Of a DNA stretch of 64,000 nt, positions 57,656 through 64,000 are shown one piece after another. The notes beneath the pieces are model-generated. The model did no database searches and was not told the DNA's origin. It was given only the letters and a program-made list of their open reading frames with translations. How positions within the stretch are numbered: the stretch's first letter is position 1; each line of letters begins with the position of its first letter. The stretch is from assembly GCA_001919865.1 (NCBI GenBank), contig MNIR01000051.1:91920-155919 (forward strand), written 5' to 3'. Made by a program: the position numbers and the translations under genes. The stretch is from Gemmatimonadetes bacterium 13_1_20CM_4_69_16. GTDB taxonomy: Bacteria; Gemmatimonadota; Gemmatimonadetes; Gemmatimonadales; GWC2-71-9.

Positions 57656-58351
57656 TCAGCCGGCGAAGCAGTAGGCGCAACCCTTCTCCTGGGCGCGGTT
57701 CACCGCAATTACGCCCGAGGGCACGACCACGACACCGGGGAGCAGGTTCGCTACCCATTCCTTCTTGATGGCATCGGCCTGCATTCCCATGTCCTTCGCC
57801 AACCGCATGCTGTTGAAGGTGAGGGCGATGTTGCACACCCCGATGAGCACGCCCTTGGCGAGCAGCTCGTCGGCGCCGATGCCGGGGATCGGCACCTCGC
57901 CTGGCTTGAGATGGAGCAGGGGATGGCGCACGGCAGGCCCTTTCGTGGCCCCGTCCGTGATCTTGAACGCCTCCCCGAACCGGTACTTCGACCACATGGT
58001 GTTCTCCATCGCGAACGGAATCCCCGAGTGTCGCAGCACGATCACGACGGTGTTGTCTGCATCCGTGGTGCCGTAGGTCTCGTTCGTGGTGTTGAGGAAC
58101 ACGCGCGCCCACCAGAACGCGAAGCCGTCGTTCGGCTCGGGGACGTCGTAGATCATCTTGTGCTTCCCGGTGATCTTGTTTAGCCACGCTTCGAACTCGG
58201 GGTTTCCGGCCGCGCCGGAAGTCGCGGACCGCGGCGTTGCCACAGCGGCGGATGGGGCTGCGAGGCCGCCCAGACCGAAGGCGGCGGCCCCGGCGGCGAG
58301 GCGTCCCAGGAATCCGCGGCGATGCGTCGTGTCGTTGGTCAGGTCTAACAT
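57656..58351 (-). CDS. Tat-signal DsrE/DsrF-like family protein
   Basis: 231 aa. Twin-arginine 'HRRGFLGRLAAGAAAF'. DsrE-like blocks 'KMIYDV', 'VVIVLRHSGIPFA', 'GVLIGVCNIALTFN', 'PGVVVVPSGVIAVNRAQEKGCAYC'. Assigned by pattern memory only. Confidence 0.5.
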   Translation of the reverse strand: MLDLTNDTTHRRGFLGRLAAGAAAFGLGGLAAPSAAVATPRSATSGAAGNPEFEAWLNKITGKHKMIYDVPEPNDGFAFWWARVFLNTTNETYGTTDADNTVVIVLRHSGIPFAMENTMWSKYRFGEAFKITDGATKGPAVRHPLLHLKPGEVPIPGIGADELLAKGVLIGVCNIALTFNSMRLAKDMGMQADAIKKEWVANLLPGVVVVPSGVIAVNRAQEKGCAYCFAG

Positions 58352-58387
58352 GATCTGCCTCCTGTCGATGAGGTTAGCCGTAACGGC

Positions 58388-59317
58388 CTACGGCGATGTC
58401 TTGCGCCGGGCCGCTTGTGTCGGGTACGCCACGTCCGGCGGCGCGTCGCCGTTCGGCCAGTCGTGGATCTTGTCGGGGAAATCGGGCCGGGGGTGCCCGT
58501 TGACGTAAGCAGCCACGTCGAACGCCTGCTGGTCCGTGAGCGTGCCGGGCTGGTCGAAGGGCATGTTCTCTCGGATGAACGCCGCGGCCGTGCGGACGCG
58601 CGTCATACCCGCACCCACGTTGTACGATTGACGTCCCCACAACGGCGGCCCGACCGCCGTCCCCTGACCGTCCGGGCCATGGCACTTCGCGCAGGTGGCG
58701 GTATACACCGCAGTGCCCGCCGCGGTGTCGGCCCTGAACGCCGCCCACTTCTGGAGGCGATTCCCCCCTTGCGGGGGCGCGATCGGCACGTCGCGCGACA
58801 AGAACCAGAGGTACGCCACCATGTCCCGCATCTCGACTCCATCGACCGCGAGCGGCTTCCCGTTCATGCTGCGCCGGAAGCAATCGTTGATACGGTATTC
58901 GATGGTCTCGACCGTCGCGCTGCGTGGGCGGTACTGCGGGTAGCGCGCGTATACGCCTACCCACGAGCCGGTCGCCTGACGGCGCCCCTCCTCGAGATGG
59001 CAGCTCACGCAGCGCAGGCCGTTGCCTACGTGGCCCGGCAGGCTGTCGCGCGTCGCGACGAGCAGGGCGCGGCCGCGGCGGATCGCAGCGCCGAGCGGGC
59101 CGGCTGGGATGAGGGAGTCAGTGGGGCCCGGCCGGGTGACGGAGGGCGCACCCGGCGGGTCGCGCGGCGGGGAGGCCGCGCGTTCGCGCGCGCAACCTCC
59201 CAGCAGCCAGAGGCCGACGCTCACAATCCGCACGACCGGGGAGCCGCGACGCCGCACCACGTGCCCGAAACCCATCTCTGGGCGGGAGATAGTACCGGAG
59301 GTAGCGGGGGTTGGCAA
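58388..59317 (-). CDS. Diheme c-type cytochrome (TsdA / SoxA-like)
   Basis: Two CxxCH motifs ('CVSCHLEEG', 'CAKCHGPDG'). A likely lipoprotein start at ATG 59275 gives 'VGLWLLGGCA'. The track start is 59317. Confidence 0.75.
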   Translation of the reverse strand: MPTPATSGTISRPEMGFGHVVRRRGSPVVRIVSVGLWLLGGCARERAASPPRDPPGAPSVTRPGPTDSLIPAGPLGAAIRRGRALLVATRDSLPGHVGNGLRCVSCHLEEGRRQATGSWVGVYARYPQYRPRSATVETIEYRINDCFRRSMNGKPLAVDGVEMRDMVAYLWFLSRDVPIAPPQGGNRLQKWAAFRADTAAGTAVYTATCAKCHGPDGQGTAVGPPLWGRQSYNVGAGMTRVRTAAAFIRENMPFDQPGTLTDQQAFDVAAYVNGHPRPDFPDKIHDWPNGDAPPDVAYPTQAARRKTSP

Positions 59318-59320
59318 GCA

Positions 59321-61003
59321 TCACCCGATCTGTGTGTTCGGCCGCAGGGGTTCGGCGAGGAACGCCCGCGAGCGCTCAGCCAGCGTCTGGTAGTCCGTGA
59401 GCTCATGGGCGAGGCGCGCCGCGTCCCATCCGAGCAGCCCTGCCATCTTCTCGGCGACGGGCCGCGCCGCGCCGGTGGCGTGAGCGTTCGCCTCGTAGAA
59501 CAGGTGCAACCTTCGCACGAGCAGATCGGTGAGCCGCAGCGCCATCTCACGCTCGACGGCGTGCACCACTTCGGCCCAGATCTCGGGGCGCCCGCCAATT
59601 ATGGGTCCGCCCAGGGCGTGGTCGCGGTCCACCAGATTCATGACGGCCGCCCACTCGCTTCCATAGCTCCTGACGAGGTGCCGAGCCGTCGACTCGAGCG
59701 CCCCGCGCGCTTTCCCAGCCTCGACCAACACTTCCAGGTCGGCGGTCTCGCCACCGGGGAGTGGCAGGCGATCGGTCGGGGGTGCCCCAGCCCGGGGCCG
59801 GCCGTCGAGCTGGCTTAGCCGGGCGGCAACCCGGTTCGCCACGTCCCGACCCATCACCCGGTACGTGGTAAGCTTGCCGCCCGCGATCGTGATCAGACCG
59901 CTCGGGCTCTCGATCACGCGGTGCTCGCGTGAGGCATCGGACGCCGAGACGTTGCGCGCCGGAGCGAGCAGCGGCCGGAGTCCGGCCCAGGTGGCGACGA
60001 CGTCCTGGGGCGCGAGGCGGGCCTGGGGAAACAGCGCGTTCGCCGAGCGCAGCAGATAGGTCACGTCGGCGGCGGTGGCGTACACGTCGTCGGGCGAGAC
60101 GTCCTCGTCGGTGTCGGTGGTTCCGATGTAGCTCAGGTCCTCCCACGGCAGGACGAACATCACGCGCCCGTCCACCGCTGAGGTGAGCGTCACGGCGTGC
60201 GCGTGGCCGAGACGCTGGCGGGGCACCACCACGTGCGCACCTTTGGTGAGGCGCAGCAGCGGCTCGGCGCGGGGGTCGTCGAGCTGCCGCACGCGGTCGA
60301 CCCACGGTCCTGTGGCGTTCACGACAACGAGCGCGCGTACGGTGTACGTCACCCCGGTCAGCATGTCCCGCAGCGTCGCCCCGCGCACCAGGCCGTCCGG
60401 CTTGAGGAGACTCGACACCTCGGCGTAGCTCGCGACCCGTGCCCCCGCCAGCGCGGCGCTCCGCATGGTGGCGAGGACCAACCGCGCGTCGTCGGTCTGG
60501 GCGTCGTAATACAACCCCGCGCCCCGTAGGTCTCGCTCGCGCAAGCCAGGCTCGATCCGCAGCACGGCCTTCCGCCCGAGCCAGCGGTGCCCCTGGGCGT
60601 TTTGGAAGGCAGCGAGCAGGTCGTACAGCCACAGGCCTGCCCGGAGCTGCCACGCCGGAACGCGGGCACCGCGATACGCGGGGAAGAGAAACGGCAGCGG
60701 GCGGACGAGGTGCGGGGCGATCGTGAGCAGCACGCGCCGCTCGCGGCTCGCTTCGCGCACCAGTCGGAAGGCGCCTTGCTCGAGATACCGCAATCCCCCG
60801 TGCACCAAGCGCGAGGAGTGGGAGGACGTCCCACTGCCGAAGTCGCCTTTGTCCACCAGGGCCGTGCGGATGCCACGTAGGGCCGCATCGCGCGCGATGC
60901 CGGCGCCCGTGATGCCGCCGCCGATGACGAGCAGATCCACCGGCTCCGCGGCCATCGACTGGAGCGCCGCCGCCCGAGCGCGGTGCGAGAATTCGGTTTC
61001 CAT
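59321..61003 (-). CDS. glpD: FAD-dependent glycerol-3-phosphate dehydrogenase
   Basis: From the ATG at 61003 (METEFSH...) in track ORF 59321..61237. 'DLLVIGGGITGAGIARDAALRG' and 'GTSSHSSRLVHGGLRYLE'. Confidence 0.88.
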   Translation of the reverse strand: METEFSHRARAAALQSMAAEPVDLLVIGGGITGAGIARDAALRGIRTALVDKGDFGSGTSSHSSRLVHGGLRYLEQGAFRLVREASRERRVLLTIAPHLVRPLPFLFPAYRGARVPAWQLRAGLWLYDLLAAFQNAQGHRWLGRKAVLRIEPGLRERDLRGAGLYYDAQTDDARLVLATMRSAALAGARVASYAEVSSLLKPDGLVRGATLRDMLTGVTYTVRALVVVNATGPWVDRVRQLDDPRAEPLLRLTKGAHVVVPRQRLGHAHAVTLTSAVDGRVMFVLPWEDLSYIGTTDTDEDVSPDDVYATAADVTYLLRSANALFPQARLAPQDVVATWAGLRPLLAPARNVSASDASREHRVIESPSGLITIAGGKLTTYRVMGRDVANRVAARLSQLDGRPRAGAPPTDRLPLPGGETADLEVLVEAGKARGALESTARHLVRSYGSEWAAVMNLVDRDHALGGPIIGGRPEIWAEVVHAVEREMALRLTDLLVRRLHLFYEANAHATGAARPVAEKMAGLLGWDAARLAHELTDYQTLAERSRAFLAEPLRPNTQIG

Positions 61004-61097
61004 TGACACGCAGTGTCTTGGCCGGCCGGCGGAGCCTGTGGTAGGTTTCGTCCGTATTGTCCCAGCTTCAGCGTGTGGATCTCGGGAGGAAAATGTA

Positions 61098-62357
61098 ATG
61101 CCTGGTGGAAACGGACGGCGGGTCGCGATCGTCGCCGGATGTCGCACGCCGTTCTGCAAGTCAGGGACTGCGCTGAAGGACATACGCGCCGTCGATCTCG
61201 CCCGCCATGTCGCCCGCGAGCTGCTCGAGCGTACCAACCTGGACGGTGCGGAGGTGAACGAGGTGGTCTTCGGGCAGGTAGTCCCGTCGGCGCTGGTGCC
61301 GAACGTCGCTCGCGAAGTGAGCCTCCTCCCTCAGTTTCCGAAAGAGATCCCCGCCTACTCCCTCAATCGCGCCTGCGCCTCCAGCGGTCAGGCGGTCTCG
61401 AACGCGAGCGATCAAATCACGCTTGGCAACGCGAACGTCGTGATGGCCGGCGGGGTGGAGTCGCTCTCCGACATCCCGATCCTCGCGTCCCGCCGCCTCG
61501 CCGACATCCTGGTCGAGGCCAGCCGGGCGCGCACGCTCCCCGCGAGGCTCAGAACCTTCACCCGCATCCGCCCGCGCGACCTCGTTCCGGTCTCCCCGGC
61601 GATCGCCGAGCCCTCGACCGGGGAGAGCATGGGCCAGTCGGCCGAGAAGATGGCGAAGGAAAACCACATCACGCGCGCGGCGCAGGACGCCTGGGCGCTG
61701 CGGAGCCACCAGCGTGCCGCCGCGGGCACCGACGATGGCCGGGTCACCGCCGAAATCGTGCCGTGGTTCCCGGCTCGGTCGCAGGAGCCCGTCATCACTC
61801 AGGACAACGGCATCCGGCGCGACACGTCGCTCGAGCAGATGGCGAAGCTCAAGCCCGTGTTCGACCGTCGCTACGGCACGGTGACGGCCGCGAATTCCTC
61901 GCCGCTCACCGATGGTGCCTCGGCGGTCCTGCTCATGAGCGACGCCGCGGCGCGGGCGCTCGGGTACACGCCGCTGGCGTACATCCGGGCGTACGCGGTC
62001 GCGGCGGTCGATCCCGGCTGGCAACTGCTGCAAGCCCCGATCTTCGCGGTGCCGAAGGCGCTCGAGCGCGCCGGGATCGAGTGGCGGGATCTCGGTCTCG
62101 TGGAGGTGCACGAAGCGTTCGCGGCCCAGGTGCTCTCGAACTTCCAGGGTTGGGCCGCCAAGGGCTGGGAGGTCAACGAGGAAGTCATCAACGTGATGGG
62201 CGGCTCGATAGCGATCGGGCATCCGTTCGGCGCAACCGGCGGCCGCGTCGTCACCACGCTCGCCAACGAGATGGCCCGCCGCGATGTGCAGTTCGGGTTG
62301 CTGTCGATCTGCGCGCAGGGCGGCATGGGCTTCGCGATGGTGCTGGAGCGCCGCTGA
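61098..62357 (+). CDS. Acetyl-CoA C-acyltransferase (3-ketoacyl-CoA thiolase, FadI/FadA-like)
   Basis: ATG at 61098, with GGGAGGA upstream, in track ORF 60723..62357. 'VAIVAGCRTPF', 'LNRACASSGQAV' (active-site Cys), 'NVMGGSIAIGHPFGATG', 'ICAQGGMG'. Confidence 0.9.
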   Translation: MPGGNGRRVAIVAGCRTPFCKSGTALKDIRAVDLARHVARELLERTNLDGAEVNEVVFGQVVPSALVPNVAREVSLLPQFPKEIPAYSLNRACASSGQAVSNASDQITLGNANVVMAGGVESLSDIPILASRRLADILVEASRARTLPARLRTFTRIRPRDLVPVSPAIAEPSTGESMGQSAEKMAKENHITRAAQDAWALRSHQRAAAGTDDGRVTAEIVPWFPARSQEPVITQDNGIRRDTSLEQMAKLKPVFDRRYGTVTAANSSPLTDGASAVLLMSDAAARALGYTPLAYIRAYAVAAVDPGWQLLQAPIFAVPKALERAGIEWRDLGLVEVHEAFAAQVLSNFQGWAAKGWEVNEEVINVMGGSIAIGHPFGATGGRVVTTLANEMARRDVQFGLLSICAQGGMGFAMVLERR

Positions 62358-64000
62358 TGCCGGGGTCCGCCCTCACCTGGGAGCTGGTCGACGGGATCGC
62401 GGTCGTCGCGCTCGACTTGAAAGGCGAGCCGGTCAACAAGATCTCGCGTGCGGTGAAGAACGACTTTCTTGGCACGTTCGAGTCGCTCGAGCGGGAGCGC
62501 GCGGTGCAGGCCGTCGCGTTCTTTTCCGGGAAACCCGACAACTTCATTGCGGGCGCGGATATCGAGGAATTCGTCGCGCTCACGACCGCCGCCGAGGCGG
62601 AGCGCCTGGTGGCAGACGGTCAGGAGCTGCTCGAGCGCGTGGCGCGCTTCCCCAAGCCCGTCGCCGTCGGGATCCACGGCGCCTGCCTGGGTGGCGGCCT
62701 CGAGTTCGCGCTGGCGTGCCACTATCGCGTCGCCTCCGACCACCCCAAGACCCAGCTGGGTCTGCCCGAAGTGCAACTCGGCATCTTGCCGGCCGCGGGC
62801 GGGTGCCAGCGGCTGCCACGGTTGATCGGCGCCCGGGCGGCGCTCGACATCATCCTCGCAGGCAAGGTGGAGCGGGCGCAAAAGGCCTTCCGGCTGGGGA
62901 TCGTGGACGAACTGGTGCACCCCGCCATCCTTCGAGACATCACCCTCGCCGCCGCCACTCGGATGGCCGGTGGGTGGCGCCCCAAGCACCGCCGGCCGGG
63001 CGGCTTCGTGACGTTCCTGCTGGACGGGAATCCACTGGGGCGGCGGCTCGTCTTCCGTACGGCGCGGAAACAGGTACTCAAGCAGACGAAGGGCAACTAT
63101 CCGGCGCCCCTGGCCGCGCTCGAGGCGGTCGAGTACGGCTTTCGGCGCGGCCTCACGGCAGGACTGAAGCGCGAGGCCCAGCTGTTCGGCCAGCTGGCCG
63201 TCACCGACGTCTCCCGCAAGCTCGTCCAGATCTTCTTCGCCACGACCCAGCTCAAGAAGGACTTCGGCGTCCCGAATGCTCCGCCTCCCGCCGACGTACG
63301 GCGGCTCGGCATCGTGGGCTCCGGGTTCATGGGATCGGGCATCGCGGGTACGGCGGTCGTGCAGGCCGGCGTGGATGTGCGGATGAAGGACGCCGACCTG
63401 CCGCGCGTGGCGAAGGGGCTCGCGGCCGCCCGGGAGATCCTGGACGACCGGCTGAAGCGCCGCCGGATCACCAAGTACGAGCACGCCCGGCTCGTCGCGT
63501 TGCTCTCCGGCGGCGACACCTACGCGGGGTTCGGCCGTGCCGACTTGGTCATCGAAGCGGTGTTCGAGGACCTGGCCGTCAAGCAGCAGGTGCTGCGCGA
63601 GGTGGAGTCGGCCACGCCCGATCGGACCGTGTTCGCATCCAACACGTCCACTATCCCCATTGGGAGCATCACCGAAGCGTCCCGACGGCCCGAGCAGGTG
63701 ATCGGGATGCATTTCTTCTCGCCCGTCGCACGCATGCCCCTGCTCGAGGTGATCCCGTCCCGGCGGACCGCGCCGGGCGTCGTCAGCACGGCGGTGGCGT
63801 TCGGACGCCGTATGGGGAAGACCGCCGTCGTGGTGAAAGACAGCCCCGGGTTCTGGGTCAACCGGATCCTCACGCCGTACATGAACGAAGCGGGCCACCT
63901 GCTGGCGGAAGGGATGGCGATCGAGGAGCTGGACGACCTGATGGTGCAGTTCGGCTTTCCGGTGGGGCCGATCACGCTGTTGGACGAGGTCGGCATGGAC
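62357..64000 (+). CDS. Multifunctional fatty-acid oxidation enzyme (enoyl-CoA hydratase / 3-hydroxyacyl-CoA dehydrogenase, FadJ/FadB-like), 3' end outside window
   Basis: This ORF is absent from the track because it has no stop in the window. The ATG at 62357 overlaps the thiolase stop (TGATG). My translation gives MPGSALTWELVDGIAVVALD..., a crotonase fold 'GACLGGGLEFALAC', then 'LGIVGSGFMGSGIAG' (NAD-binding GxGxxG) at about 63305. Confidence 0.85.
   Translation, partial: MPGSALTWELVDGIAVVALDLKGEPVNKISRAVKNDFLGTFESLERERAVQAVAFFSGKPDNFIAGADIEEFVALTTAAEAERLVADGQELLERVARFPKPVAVGIHGACLGGGLEFALACHYRVASDHPKTQLGLPEVQLGILPAAGGCQRLPRLIGARAALDIILAGKVERAQKAFRLGIVDELVHPAILRDITLAAATRMAGGWRPKHRRPGGFVTFLLDGNPLGRRLVFRTARKQVLKQTKGNYPAPLAALEAVEYGFRRGLTAGLKREAQLFGQLAVTDVSRKLVQIFFATTQLKKDFGVPNAPPPADVRRLGIVGSGFMGSGIAGTAVVQAGVDVRMKDADLPRVAKGLAAAREILDDRLKRRRITKYEHARLVALLSGGDTYAGFGRADLVIEAVFEDLAVKQQVLREVESATPDRTVFASNTSTIPIGSITEASRRPEQVIGMHFFSPVARMPLLEVIPSRRTAPGVVSTAVAFGRRMGKTAVVVKDSPGFWVNRILTPYMNEAGHLLAEGMAIEELDDLMVQFGFPVGPITLLDEVGMD

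Noticed and set aside
61871-63898. 675-aa ORF on the minus strand, and similar long antisense ORFs (3342-5339, 24855-26327, 28437-29564, 30546-31811, 31183-32520, 39340-40281, 44601-45581, 49248-50912, 55091-56158, 57162-58187)
   Set aside because: Each lies opposite a gene with unambiguous conserved motifs (fadJ-like, polA, sufB, sufS, the ABC genes, MFS and others). Their translations are low-complexity and Arg/Pro/Gly-rich. These are GC-driven absence of stop codons, not genes.

Overview
This is about 64 kb of very GC-rich bacterial chromosome, roughly 70% GC by eye. Gene content (a GWxTD protein, many HEAT, CBM48 and four-helix-bundle hypotheticals) suggests a Gemmatimonadota-like organism, but that is inference only. 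All product calls come from motifs I recognise in the ORF-track translations. No database search was run.

I support about 60 tightly packed protein-coding genes, and most are housekeeping:
- lytic transglycosylase, cspA, polA, an orphan type IV pilin, an MMPL transporter and a matrixin protease
- an AmmeMemoRadiSam radical-SAM enzyme, RNase D and ferredoxin
- an M50 protease with a zinc-ribbon membrane partner
- thiC behind a TPP riboswitch, and def
- a complete sufR-sufBCDSU operon followed by an ABC-2 exporter
- mnmG, two tandem parS sites, then parA-parB, an M23 peptidase and a bactofilin
- Nif3, an ECF-sigma operon, and queG
- a co-directional run of PLP enzyme, LOG, deoxyhypusine-synthase-like, MFS, ATP-grasp, Zn-ribbon HExxH protein and HEAT protein
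- a DsrE-like protein, a diheme cytochrome c, glpD, and a thiolase with a multifunctional beta-oxidation enzyme (3' end outside the window)

I saw no rRNA, tRNA, CRISPR array, transposase, integrase, recognisable defence system or compositional island. Many long ORFs in the track are antisense or alternative-frame shadows typical of high-GC DNA, and I rejected them.

The most unusual signals:
1. A dispersed inverted-repeat family. One copy encloses a 23S-IVS-type four-helix-bundle gene inside a stem of about 40 bp (32513-33048). A second, ORF-less copy is a 34-bp hairpin whose only mismatches are G-U on the + strand (47879-47980).
2. An ECF-sigma operon encoding two CBM48 (glycogen-binding-like) proteins and no recognisable anti-sigma factor. 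One of these genes carries an 11-nt homopolymer tract.
3. A translationally coupled pair of an ATP-grasp ligase and a four-zinc-ribbon HExxH protein, preceded by a heptanucleotide tandem repeat.
4. An AT-rich intergenic island with a perfect DnaA box close to parS/parAB.

I cannot point to a clear-cut novel multi-gene system. These are leads, not demonstrations.
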